From sequence record LR756504.1: 64,000 nt of DNA. One strand, given 5' to 3'. How positions within the stretch are numbered: position 1 is the first letter of the stretch; every line of letters starts with the position of its first letter. Shown piece by piece: positions 37,640 to 47,060 of this stretch. Position numbers and translations under genes: made by a program. The notes beneath the pieces are model-generated. The model was given only the letters and a program-made list of their open reading frames with translations. It did not search any database and had not been told where the DNA came from.

Positions 37640-39445
37640 ATGATTAAATATTACGAAGGAATAATATGCGTAGACAAGTTCAAGAAAGCATATTGTCAAG
37701 TGAATGAAAAAGAAACTGTTTATATAGCACCAAAATTTTTAAATAGAGCACTACATGGTGATAAAGTTTTATTGAAAATAAAAGATAACTATGGATTCGT
37801 ACAAAAAGTTATAGAAAGAAATAAAGTGCATATTACGGGACAAATACAAATAATGGATAATGGTGTCGCATTCGTTAAACCATGGATAAATAAATATCAA
37901 AAAGATTTTTTTATTAAAAATTCTGACATAAATGAGGCTAAAGATGGTGATGTTGTAGAAATAGAAGTTAGTGATTGGCCTAAGAAATTTAAATCTCCGA
38001 TAGCAAAAGTAAAAAAGGTATTATATCATACAACATCTGAACAAAACTTAATTTATAAGCTTAATTTACCAACTAAATTTCCCGATGGAGTTTTAGAAGA
38101 AATTCAAAACATTGAAAATAATATTAAAGAAGAAATTCAAAACAGAATAGATTTGAGACATCTCAGAGTATTTTCTATTGATCCAAAAGGTTCAAAAGAT
38201 TTAGATGATGCGCTATCACTTGAAGTAACTGATCATGGTTATAGGGTTGGTATCCACATAGCCGATGTAACAGCTTGGATGAAACCAGGTACATTACTTG
38301 ATCAAGAGGCATTCAAACGAGGATGTTCCGTATATTTACCAAATACAGTAGTACCTATGATACCACATTCATTATGTGAAAACTTATGTAGTTTATTACC
38401 ACAGCAAGATAGACTAGCTATATCAGTTATGATTAATTTTGATAGAGAATGGAATTTATCTGATTATTACATATTTAGAAGTGTTATACACAATAGACAT
38501 CAATTTACTTACGAAGAAGCCGAAATACATAGAACAAGCTCAGAATCAGAATATTATAATGAATTAAATATGTTGTATGTAATAGGACAAAAAATAAGAA
38601 ATCAATATTTTCCAAATGAGTTTGAATTAAAAATGCCTTATTTAAAATGGGAATTTGATGAAAATAAAGAACCTGTAAAAATTAAAATAAAAGATAGAAT
38701 AGCTACTAATGATTTAATACAATCGTGGATGTTAATGGCTAATTTTTTAGTTACTAAGAAAATAGAGAGTTTGGGTTCATTTCCTTGGGTATATAGAGTC
38801 CATCCAGAAATTACTGATGAAAAAATAAATAATATAAAAGTAGATATTAAGCATTTAAATTTAGAATGGGATGATTCCATAAATATATATGCTAATATAA
38901 AGAAATTATTATCATCAGAACGTTCAGATATTGTGTCAGATATTCTAATAAAGAAATTTAGACCTGCTTATTATAGCCCTGAAAGAAAAGGACATTTTGC
39001 TTTGGGTTCGCATGAATATGCCCACTTTACCTCACCTATAAGAAGGTATCCTGATGTAATAATACATAGAATTTTATTAAATGCTTTAGATGGTAAACAA
39101 ATTTTTTGCGGAAATTTGGAAGATGAATGTAATCATTTAAGTACATGTGAAAAAATAGCAGATGATGCTGAAAGAACCGCACACCAATTGAATAGTTTAA
39201 AATTTATTAAAGATGTCAAATATCCAATGGATGGCACTATAACATCTTTTTCTAAGAGAGGTATAACAATAAGAACCGAATTAATGGTTGATGGCTTCAT
39301 TCATGCTAAAGAACTACCAGCTTATTGGTCGGATGATGAAAGACGATGGGTAAATGAGCAAAATTGGAAAATTGGTGATATAGTAAGAGTAAAAATAAAG
39401 AATTTAGATTGGAATAGAAGAGAAATTGTTCTAAATTTTGTATAA
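37640..39445 (+). CDS. rnr: Ribonuclease R/II family exoribonuclease
   Basis: ALHGDKV cold-shock domains, SIDPKGSKDLDDALS, HIADV, HFTSPIRRYPD, C-terminal S1. Confidence 0.92.
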   Translation: MIKYYEGIICVDKFKKAYCQVNEKETVYIAPKFLNRALHGDKVLLKIKDNYGFVQKVIERNKVHITGQIQIMDNGVAFVKPWINKYQKDFFIKNSDINEAKDGDVVEIEVSDWPKKFKSPIAKVKKVLYHTTSEQNLIYKLNLPTKFPDGVLEEIQNIENNIKEEIQNRIDLRHLRVFSIDPKGSKDLDDALSLEVTDHGYRVGIHIADVTAWMKPGTLLDQEAFKRGCSVYLPNTVVPMIPHSLCENLCSLLPQQDRLAISVMINFDREWNLSDYYIFRSVIHNRHQFTYEEAEIHRTSSESEYYNELNMLYVIGQKIRNQYFPNEFELKMPYLKWEFDENKEPVKIKIKDRIATNDLIQSWMLMANFLVTKKIESLGSFPWVYRVHPEITDEKINNIKVDIKHLNLEWDDSINIYANIKKLLSSERSDIVSDILIKKFRPAYYSPERKGHFALGSHEYAHFTSPIRRYPDVIIHRILLNALDGKQIFCGNLEDECNHLSTCEKIADDAERTAHQLNSLKFIKDVKYPMDGTITSFSKRGITIRTELMVDGFIHAKELPAYWSDDERRWVNEQNWKIGDIVRVKIKNLDWNRREIVLNFV

Positions 39446-39447
39446 TA

Positions 39448-39479
39448 TTTGGATTTTTAATTTATTTTTCGTAATTTTG
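39448..39479 (+). promoter_or_regulatory. Bacteroidota-type sigma70 promoter
   Basis: TTTG (39448), 20-nt spacer, TAATTTTG (39472-39479). Confidence 0.65.
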
Positions 39480-39495
39480 TATAAATTCAAACATT

Positions 39496-40119
39496 ATGTA
39501 TATATTAGGAAACGCAATCATTTCAAGGATTTTTAGTACGCATGGATTTCTTTTTAATGATAAAGGATTATTCTATATCACTGATAGTAAATATAAACGT
39601 TATGAAATCCTAATTTCAAATGATGTCAAAAAGATAGTTGAACTATTGGGTGTAAATTTTGAAGACATTGACAATAAAGATGAAAGTGAATTTTTTAAAA
39701 CTATGGTTGTTAGCCCGTATTTCAAAGCTAAGAAGTTCAAAAAAGATATATCAGAAGGAGGTTCTAAACTACTTTCTAATATGGCAGAATTTTTGAAAAC
39801 TATCGAACATAATATTGAATACCAAAGACTTCAATTAGATACAATGTTCGAATTTTTTAAAGAAGAAAAGTTTGAAGAAACATATAAAAAAGCAGTTTCA
39901 TCTATTGAAAATTTTCATGAAATAAGAAGTAAATTTAGTGGAAGTGTTATATTAAAACATATTCCTGAATTTGATAAATATCAATTGGGAGAAACGATTC
40001 ACAATTTTAATCACTCACATTTTTCATCAGACCTTGAAAGGGATTATTTCTTATTAATATCAAGTGAAGAAGATATTATAAAAGAATTTGTTGAATCTAC
40101 TAAACAGGAAGCATTTTAA
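39496..40119 (+). CDS. Protein resembling the C-terminal half of phage nucleotidyltransferase-like proteins
   Basis: LGNAIISRIF..HGFLFNDKGLFY...ILIS.D...IVELLG...SPYF pattern; no N-terminal catalytic motif seen. Confidence 0.4.
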   Translation: MYILGNAIISRIFSTHGFLFNDKGLFYITDSKYKRYEILISNDVKKIVELLGVNFEDIDNKDESEFFKTMVVSPYFKAKKFKKDISEGGSKLLSNMAEFLKTIEHNIEYQRLQLDTMFEFFKEEKFEETYKKAVSSIENFHEIRSKFSGSVILKHIPEFDKYQLGETIHNFNHSHFSSDLERDYFLLISSEEDIIKEFVESTKQEAF

Positions 40120-40170
40120 AACGATGTTGGGATATATTTTCTATAAAAAAATAGGTTAAAAACCTCTTTT

Positions 40171-40596
40171 TTATTTATTTTTATATGCTACAGCTTGGTT
40201 AATCCATACTGTATATCCCATAGCATTATGGTATCCATTTTCATCTTTTCGACTAGTGCTTTTATTAGTAATTAAAGGAACTTTATACATCACATCATTT
40301 AAATTGAATATGATATATATTCTATCAATATTAACTATATTTAAGTTGTCTTTATTCTCAATTAAAGTGTTAATTATGTATGTTCTATAAGTATCATCTG
40401 TAGATGTACCAAATGTAAACTCTACTTGTGATGATATTGTAGCAACATTTTTAATTTCACTTATTAAAAATTCTTTAATTTTAGGAAGAAGAAATCTTTT
40501 AATTTTTGAAATATGTCTTTTTAATACTGTATCATCAAAAGCTTGAATGTTGAATTCAAGCGATTCATTAACAGATAAAGATTTAATAAATTTCAT
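40171..40596 (-). CDS. Hypothetical protein with CTS-like N-terminus (MKFIKSLSVNES)
   Basis: 141-aa ORF. Confidence 0.55.
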   Translation of the reverse strand: MKFIKSLSVNESLEFNIQAFDDTVLKRHISKIKRFLLPKIKEFLISEIKNVATISSQVEFTFGTSTDDTYRTYIINTLIENKDNLNIVNIDRIYIIFNLNDVMYKVPLITNKSTSRKDENGYHNAMGYTVWINQAVAYKNK

Positions 40597-40615
40597 AGTT
40601 TATTTTTTATTTTTT

Positions 40616-41071
40616 TTAACTTCTTTTAACTACCATATTATTTTCAAACACAACTGTTTTGCTATGTGTACGTAAAAACCATCTACCTTTTACTCTCATT
40701 ACTTTATATCCTTGTGGAATATATTCATTTATTCTTGCTAATGTAACATTTGTCTCATAACCACCATTATCCAATTTAAAATCACCTGATGGATAGAATG
40801 TTACGATATTAGTTTGGTGTAAACGAATGGCTATTGCACCATCATCCAATCTTACTGCATAAGTATTATTAGCTATCTTTTTTCTTTCATTGGATTTACC
40901 TTGTAATAAATCATCAAATTTAGCATAATCTTCACCAATATCTTCATCTTCTTCATTTTCATCATCGGATTCTTCATCCTCACTATCATCATCTACGAAA
41001 CTCTCAGCCGTAAATTTCAAATTTTTATTATATTCAGAATTAGTAAATTCTTCAAACTTTTTAATACTCAT
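40616..41071 (-). CDS. Phage protein with CTS-like N-terminus, acidic linker and LHQTNIV...GGYETNVTLARIN domain
   Basis: 151-aa ORF, MSIKKFEEFTNSE. Confidence 0.6.
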   Translation of the reverse strand: MSIKKFEEFTNSEYNKNLKFTAESFVDDDSEDEESDDENEEDEDIGEDYAKFDDLLQGKSNERKKIANNTYAVRLDDGAIAIRLHQTNIVTFYPSGDFKLDNGGYETNVTLARINEYIPQGYKVMRVKGRWFLRTHSKTVVFENNMVVKRS

Positions 41072-41164
41072 ATAAATATCTTCATATTTTACTTATATAT
41101 TAAAAAATTTATCGTTTTTTAAAACTTTCAATTTTTATTTTTCTATAATCGACAAATTAAACAC

Positions 41165-41704
41165 ATGAAAGTCTTAAAAGACATTACCAACTTCTTTATT
41201 TTGAAAGATTATCAAGATAAAATTCGAATGACCGCAAAAGATTTCGGATACATACTATTATTTAAAATATGTATAGCTTACATTTCTGTAATAATAGGAA
41301 ATTTGCTATTAACATATGTCTTTAAATTGAAAGTAGATAGTATACATTCTAAAATTGCTATTGGTGAATTATATTACTTAGGAGTTATTTTAGCTCCTAT
41401 ATTAGAAGAACTTTTTTTTAGATTACCACTACTTTTAATAAGTATGGTACTTAAAAATTTTAAAATGTTAGTGATGATTTCATATGTTTGTATATCTGTG
41501 TTTTTTGGATTAATTCATATTACTAATTATAACAACTTTTCAAACTATTCAGCTTTAGAAATGTTAGTTATAACATTTCCTCAAATATTAGGAGGTTTTG
41601 TATTAGGTTGGGTGTGTTTAAAATATAAATTTGGATTATTATGGAGCATTCTTTTACACGCATCATTTAATTTTATAGGAGTTTCACTTTCAGCATTATT
41701 ATAA
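41165..41704 (+). CDS. CPBP (CAAX/Abi) intramembrane metalloprotease
   Basis: PILEELFFR, FFGLIH, LHASFN; multiple TM segments. Confidence 0.85.
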   Translation: MKVLKDITNFFILKDYQDKIRMTAKDFGYILLFKICIAYISVIIGNLLLTYVFKLKVDSIHSKIAIGELYYLGVILAPILEELFFRLPLLLISMVLKNFKMLVMISYVCISVFFGLIHITNYNNFSNYSALEMLVITFPQILGGFVLGWVCLKYKFGLLWSILLHASFNFIGVSLSALL

Positions 41705-41922
41705 TGGAATACATAGGCAAAACTAAAAAAGAAGGTAGAGATATTACAGTTTACTCTGGACATTTAGCTGGGGTAAGTAATAAAAAGAAATTAAAAAGGA
41801 TGCTACTTATAGCTTTTATTATACTACTTGTATTAAGTGTAATAATATTCCCTTATCAAATTGGTAGTGTTATAGGATACTGGGTTTCTGAATTTATAAG
41901 TGGTATAAAGAGTCATTTTTAA
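41704..41922 (+). CDS. Small membrane protein
   Basis: 72 aa, one long TM. Confidence 0.5.
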   Translation: MEYIGKTKKEGRDITVYSGHLAGVSNKKKLKRMLLIAFIILLVLSVIIFPYQIGSVIGYWVSEFISGIKSHF

Positions 41923-41932
41923 TATATTAAAT

Positions 41933-42109
41933 ATGAATAAACTAATACTCTATATTATTTTTTCTATGTCAGTTATAATATTCGTACAATATAAAGAAAA
42001 TAAACAAATAAAATTCCATCATAAAAATGAAATCTGTAATAAAAATTTAGAGATAAAAAAATTAAAAAATAAATTAATTGAAAAGAATGAAAAAATATCC
42101 AAACAATAG
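41933..42109 (+). CDS. 58-aa TM plus coiled-coil protein (not in track)
   Basis: MNKLILYIIFSMSVIIFVQY... Confidence 0.4.
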   Translation: MNKLILYIIFSMSVIIFVQYKENKQIKFHHKNEICNKNLEIKKLKNKLIEKNEKISKQ

Positions 42110-42139
42110 ATAAAACAATTGTATTATAAGTCTATATAA

Positions 42140-42622
42140 TTGCATATGGCATTAAAAGCGGAGAAAAAAATATTTAGAATTATTAAGAAGAAAGTAATTC
42201 AGAGAGAAGATGGTAAAGATTATATGGTTAGATATTCTTTACCCACGTTCAATTGGCTACCATTTTCTCTAAAAATTCATAAAATATTATTAAGCGATGA
42301 TTTTTGCTTACATGACCACCCGTGGTTATTTTATTCTTTAATATTGAAAGGTGGTTATTGGGAGCATACACCACCAGTAGATCAACATAAAAATGATATT
42401 ACAAGTTCTTACAATGGCATAGATAGTGTAAATAAATGGATTGGCCCAGGTAGTTTTATAAAAAGACCTGCACATTGGATACATCGTTTAGAAATACCCG
42501 AAAATAAACCATGTTGGACATTTGTAATAACGATGAACAAAAGCAGAGAATGGGGATTTTTTACTAAAAAATTCGGATTTCTAAACTGGAAAAATTACAA
42601 CTCGGAAGAACATTGTGAATAA
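42140..42622 (+). CDS. Cupin-fold phage protein
   Basis: LHDHPW..SLILKGGYWE, HWIHRLE, CWTFVIT. Confidence 0.7.
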   Translation: MHMALKAEKKIFRIIKKKVIQREDGKDYMVRYSLPTFNWLPFSLKIHKILLSDDFCLHDHPWLFYSLILKGGYWEHTPPVDQHKNDITSSYNGIDSVNKWIGPGSFIKRPAHWIHRLEIPENKPCWTFVITMNKSREWGFFTKKFGFLNWKNYNSEEHCE

Positions 42623-42635
42623 ATAATTTAATAAT

Positions 42636-42791
42636 ATGGAAATTTTAAAACTAATATTAGAAAATGCAATAGCGACAATTGCAATAATCTTTTTTACTTC
42701 GTTAGGAATTTCGGAGATTGTTTCATCATTTGTATCTGAAAAATGTAAATGTAAAAAGACTAATAGAAATGAAAAAATCTTAAAATCTTAA
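42636..42791 (+). CDS. 51-aa TM peptide ending RNEKILKS (not in track)
   Basis: MEILKLILENAIATIAIIFFTSLGISEIV... Confidence 0.4.
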   Translation: MEILKLILENAIATIAIIFFTSLGISEIVSSFVSEKCKCKKTNRNEKILKS

Positions 42792-43814
42792 TTGCCTATG
42801 AGCAAATTAAAAACCATCGGACAGTTTATCATAAGCGAACAATTACATTTTCCAGATGCTTCTGGTAAATTATCTAGCTTGTTAAATGATATTACTATAG
42901 CTGCTAAAATCGTAAATAGTCAAGTAAATAAAGCAGGACTAATAAATATTTTAGGCGATGATGGTACTACGAATGTACATGGTGAGTCGGTAAAAAAATT
43001 AGATATTTTTGCAAATGAACAGTTTATTAAAGCATTATCATCAGGTGGTCAATGTTGTGCTATAGCAAGTGAAGAAAATGAAGATATTATAAATTTAGAT
43101 GATAGTGGTAAATATGTTGTTTGTATAGATCCACTAGATGGTAGTGATGGTGTGACTTACAATTCTATAATAGGAACAATTTTTTCAATTTATAAAAGAT
43201 TAAGTGATGTTGGAACTAAATCTAATATTAAAGATTGTCTACAAAAGGGTATAAATCAAGTAGCATCTGGATTCTTTTTATTTGGACCATCCACTATTTT
43301 CATTTTGACTACTGGAAATGGTGTTAATGGATTTACTTTATATCCTTCTGTGGGAGAATTCTTTTTATCACACCCAAATATAAATATATCTAAAAATGGG
43401 AAAATTTATAGCATAAATGAGGGGAATTATTTCAAATTTCCAATAGGTGTTAAAAAATATATCAAATATTGTCAGAAAGAAGATAAAAGTACTGATAGAC
43501 CATATACTACTCGTTATATGGGTAGTATGGTAGGTGATATATTTAGAACATTGATAAAAGGTGGAATATTTATGTATCCTACTACATCAAGTTATCCCAA
43601 TGGTAAATTGAGATTATTGTACGAATGTAATCCAATGAGTTTTATCATAGAACAAGCTGGTGGGATATCAATAAATGAATATGGTAATAGAATAATGGAT
43701 ATTCAACCATCAGAAATTCATCAAAGAACTTCTATATATTTAGGTTCTGAAAACATGATAGAAAAAATGAAAGAGTTTATATTAAAGAATAGAAAGATGA
43801 TAAGTAAACATTAA
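42792..43814 (+). CDS. fbp: Fructose-1,6-bisphosphatase class 1
   Basis: KKLD, ASEE, DPLDGS, YSINEG, RYMGSMVGD, GKLRLLYECNPM. Confidence 0.92.
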   Translation: MPMSKLKTIGQFIISEQLHFPDASGKLSSLLNDITIAAKIVNSQVNKAGLINILGDDGTTNVHGESVKKLDIFANEQFIKALSSGGQCCAIASEENEDIINLDDSGKYVVCIDPLDGSDGVTYNSIIGTIFSIYKRLSDVGTKSNIKDCLQKGINQVASGFFLFGPSTIFILTTGNGVNGFTLYPSVGEFFLSHPNINISKNGKIYSINEGNYFKFPIGVKKYIKYCQKEDKSTDRPYTTRYMGSMVGDIFRTLIKGGIFMYPTTSSYPNGKLRLLYECNPMSFIIEQAGGISINEYGNRIMDIQPSEIHQRTSIYLGSENMIEKMKEFILKNRKMISKH

Positions 43815-43994
43815 TTATTTCTTCTGTTATGTTATTTTTTTAATTTTTACCAATATTATATTTATTTATTTATTTATTTTAGTAGGATATTATTAATATT
43901 ATTCTTATATTTGTGAAAAATTTAATTAAAGTTAAGAAAAAGTTAGGAATTAATATATACTTTTTTAAAAACTAAAACTTTTATGATATAAGTA

Positions 43995-44597
43995 ATGAAG
44001 GATTTTACTATTAGAGTTGCAACATCAGATGATGAAAAACTCGCAAAGACAATTTGTAATGAATACGAAGAGTCTGCAAAAGCAAGGGGAACTGGTATCG
44101 CAAAGCGCAATCCAAATTACGTAATTAGTAAAATGAATGAGGGAAAGGCTGTAATAGCATTTCATAAAGATGGTAGATGGGCTGGTTTTTGTTATATTGA
44201 AACATGGGGACATGGTGAATATGTAGCAAATTCAGGTTTAATAGTTAACCCACTTTTTAGAAAGGGTGGATTAGCAACAGCCATAAAAAATAAAATATTT
44301 GAGCTTTCAAGAAATAAATTTCCTGATGCAAAAATATTCGGAATAACTACAAGTTTAGCAGTTATGAAAATAAATTCAGAATTGGGATATAAACCTGTTA
44401 CTTTCTCTGAATTAACACAAGATGATGAATTTTGGAAAGGGTGTCAATCTTGTCCAAATTTTGATATTCTCAACAGAAACAATAGAAAAATGTGTCTGTG
44501 TACAGGAATGTTATATACACCTAAAGAAAAAATTGAGCAGAAAATAAAGAGAGCTTTTAAAAAGTCTTTATCGTTGATGTTCAGCATATTTATATAA
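43995..44597 (+). CDS. Bacteroidota-type GNAT acetyltransferase (ArgA-like family)
   Basis: SAKARGTGIAKR, GFCYIETWGHG, ANSGLIV, FGITTSLAVMKINS, FWKGCQSC, CLCTGM. Confidence 0.75.
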   Translation: MKDFTIRVATSDDEKLAKTICNEYEESAKARGTGIAKRNPNYVISKMNEGKAVIAFHKDGRWAGFCYIETWGHGEYVANSGLIVNPLFRKGGLATAIKNKIFELSRNKFPDAKIFGITTSLAVMKINSELGYKPVTFSELTQDDEFWKGCQSCPNFDILNRNNRKMCLCTGMLYTPKEKIEQKIKRAFKKSLSLMFSIFI

Positions 44598-44599
44598 AT

Positions 44600-44627
44600 A
44601 AAAAAGGGCTTTAATAAGCCCTTTTTT
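44600..44627. terminator. Bidirectional intrinsic terminator
   Basis: AAAAAAGGGCTT-TAAT-AAGCCCTTTTTT. Confidence 0.85.
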
Positions 44628-44628
44628 A

Positions 44629-44982
44629 TTATTTTTCTACAGCATTTGTACTCATTAGTAGTTCAGCAAAATATTTCTCATAATTAAGTTCTAATTCAAG
44701 AAAATCAATTGTTCTAACATATTTGTTTTCGTTCTTATAAATTATAATATATGTATCGCCTAAATCGGCACTTGTATAAAAACTTATTGGTCCCATTCTA
44801 CCAACTTTATAAATTATTTCTTTCGCCTCCGAATAATATTCAAGAACAAATTTATCCTTTATATCAATTTCCATAGAAGTTTTAGTTTTAGTAGTGTAAT
44901 TTCTACCTAAATCTTTTTGATATTTGGGATGCATTTCTATTTTTTTTCTGAAATGATGAGTACATACAATATTTATGTCCAT
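44629..44982 (-). CDS. Hypothetical protein
   Basis: 117-aa ORF. Confidence 0.5.
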   Translation of the reverse strand: MDINIVCTHHFRKKIEMHPKYQKDLGRNYTTKTKTSMEIDIKDKFVLEYYSEAKEIIYKVGRMGPISFYTSADLGDTYIIIYKNENKYVRTIDFLELELNYEKYFAELLMSTNAVEK

Positions 44983-44996
44983 ATTTTAATATGTTT

Positions 44997-45566
44997 TTAA
45001 TATATATCGTCAGTTAACGAGTCCTTTTCATCATCTTTAAATCTCTTTACATCAGACGTTTTTGATGGAACTTTTAATACAGCAGCTTTTATTTCTTTTA
45101 TAGTCTTGATTAAGAAGTCTTCATTCATTTTATCAATAGGAATAACAATTTCCTTTTGTTTAATTATATATTCTCTATCGTAATCATAAACATCAACAGT
45201 TAATAAAAGCTTTTCAACTTGTTTTAATCTACCCTGTATTTCATGTTCTAAAAATTTAATCTTCCACATATACTCTTTATCGACATCCTCTGCCCAAATA
45301 CACAATCCTCTTCTTTCTTTAGTAATATCTCTATTTTTAGCTAATAAAATATTGCTGATTTCTCCATATTTGAACCAATATATTAAATGTCCTCTCAATT
45401 CTTCTAAAAATTCTTTAAGTACAACCGCAGAATTTCTATCTTGAATTTCTGGTTCTTGATTAACATCTTGATTATCAGATTGTAATGCTTCTGGTGCGGG
45501 TGCTATAGCAGATTCATCAGCTTCCTTTATTAAATTATACTTCTTAAATTTTACAATATATTTCAT
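44997..45566 (-). CDS. Hypothetical protein with CTS-like N-terminus (MKYIVKFKKYNLIKEA)
   Basis: 189-aa ORF; AATATATAC upstream. Confidence 0.6.
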   Translation of the reverse strand: MKYIVKFKKYNLIKEADESAIAPAPEALQSDNQDVNQEPEIQDRNSAVVLKEFLEELRGHLIYWFKYGEISNILLAKNRDITKERRGLCIWAEDVDKEYMWKIKFLEHEIQGRLKQVEKLLLTVDVYDYDREYIIKQKEIVIPIDKMNEDFLIKTIKEIKAAVLKVPSKTSDVKRFKDDEKDSLTDDIY

Positions 45567-45661
45567 TTTTGAGGAAATCTTTAGTGTATATATTAAATTT
45601 TGTGGATTTATTTTCTTTTTTGGAATTTTTTTATTATATTTGATATGTATAATTTGTTAAT

Positions 45662-46006
45662 ATGTCTGTAATACGTAATTTGTTCTTAGATGATGAAAGG
45701 TATCCAAATGATGTCTTTTGGAATGGTGATGTATATAAAAACAATGAATGGTGTATTGTTCGTAATTTCTTAGAGTTTCAAAATTGGATATTAGAAAATG
45801 GAATGCCTGATATATTATCCTATGATAACGATTTGGGTGGGGAATTAGAAGGATATGATTGTGCTAAATGGTTATGTGAAACTTATTGTGTTGATAATAA
45901 TATAAGATTGAATAAAATATACGTTCATTCAAAAAATATATCAACAAACCAAAAAATATTGGACTATTGTGCATGGTTCGACAAAAATTTTGATAAATTC
46001 TTTTAA
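45662..46006 (+). CDS. Cyclic-phosphate-processing receiver-like (cREC) domain protein
   Basis: LFLDDERYP, IVRN, SYDNDLG, GYDCAKWL, VHSKN. Confidence 0.7.
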   Translation: MSVIRNLFLDDERYPNDVFWNGDVYKNNEWCIVRNFLEFQNWILENGMPDILSYDNDLGGELEGYDCAKWLCETYCVDNNIRLNKIYVHSKNISTNQKILDYCAWFDKNFDKFF

Positions 46007-46007
46007 T

Positions 46008-46574
46008 ATGACAGATCAAGAAATTGTTGATAGAATAAAAGTTGGTGATGATACTGCTGTGTCATATTTATATGATAAGTATTATAAAATGGGAACTAAT
46101 GTCATTACTAAAAATAATGGTAATGATGATGATGCTAAAGATATCTATCAAGAAGCTGTCATATTGGTTTGGAAAAAAATAATGGCTGAAAAATTTGTTC
46201 TTTCTTCTAAATTAGGTACTTTCTTTTATGGTATATGTTATAAATTATGGCTTAAAGAACTTAGTAGAAGAAAAAAATATGAAAATAATGAAAACGAAAA
46301 GTCAGAATACATACTCGATAATGACGAATATACAATATCCTCAATGGAGGATGAGCAAATAAAAGAAGTTATTCGAGAGAATTTAGATAATATTTCAGAA
46401 TCAGATAGAAATATTTTATTTTATTTTTATATAGAAAATAAAACAATGGAGGAGATTAGTAGTATATTAGGATATACTAATCCCGATTCTGCAAAAGTTA
46501 AAAAACATAGAGCTAAAGCGGCATTAGCAGAAATAATAAAAAGCAAATATAAATTTACAGATTTTCTAGATTAA
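46008..46574 (+). CDS. ECF-type RNA polymerase sigma factor
   Basis: DAKDIYQEAV region 2, TMEEISSILGY...AKVKKHRAK region 4; start MTDQE at 46008. Confidence 0.85.
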   Translation: MTDQEIVDRIKVGDDTAVSYLYDKYYKMGTNVITKNNGNDDDAKDIYQEAVILVWKKIMAEKFVLSSKLGTFFYGICYKLWLKELSRRKKYENNENEKSEYILDNDEYTISSMEDEQIKEVIRENLDNISESDRNILFYFYIENKTMEEISSILGYTNPDSAKVKKHRAKAALAEIIKSKYKFTDFLD

Positions 46575-46578
46575 TAAT

Positions 46579-46974
46579 ATGGTAATAACATTAATAATAT
46601 TGAGTGTAACAGGTATGTCCCTTCTTTATATGTTTGGTTATAAGATAGGTAAAGAAAAAGGAACTAATGAACAAATTTCACTTTTAAATAAAGAAGTCGA
46701 ATCTGAACAACGAATAGGTGTATTAACCACAAATCTTTTATGTGGTGAAGAAACTATCGTAATTAAAGCAGAAGTTAAAGAGATTGCTAAAGGTGATACA
46801 AAATGTAAGGTAGAATATACAACATTTCATATTACACCAACTAAACACAATAATCAAAACCGATGGGATGCGGTAAAAGAGTATCTTGGTCCTTGGGTAG
46901 ATTCAAAAAATATAGAGTGGTATGTTGAATATGATACAAGAAAGCGGAGAATTCAAAGATTTTTAAATAAATAA
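46579..46974 (+). CDS. N-terminally anchored membrane protein ending RKRRIQRFLNK
   Basis: 131-aa ORF. Confidence 0.55.
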   Translation: MVITLIILSVTGMSLLYMFGYKIGKEKGTNEQISLLNKEVESEQRIGVLTTNLLCGEETIVIKAEVKEIAKGDTKCKVEYTTFHITPTKHNNQNRWDAVKEYLGPWVDSKNIEWYVEYDTRKRRIQRFLNK

Positions 46975-47060
46975 TTCAAAGCCTTCTTTTTTAGAAGCTT
47001 TTTTATTAATTTCAAAACTAATATACATTTTTGTGTATAAAAAGAAAATGATTTTAATAG

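Noticed and set aside
43855-43880. TTTA tandem microsatellite upstream of the GNAT gene
   Set aside because: Short low-complexity run expected in AT-rich intergenic DNA; not inside a coding frame or a complete promoter spacer.
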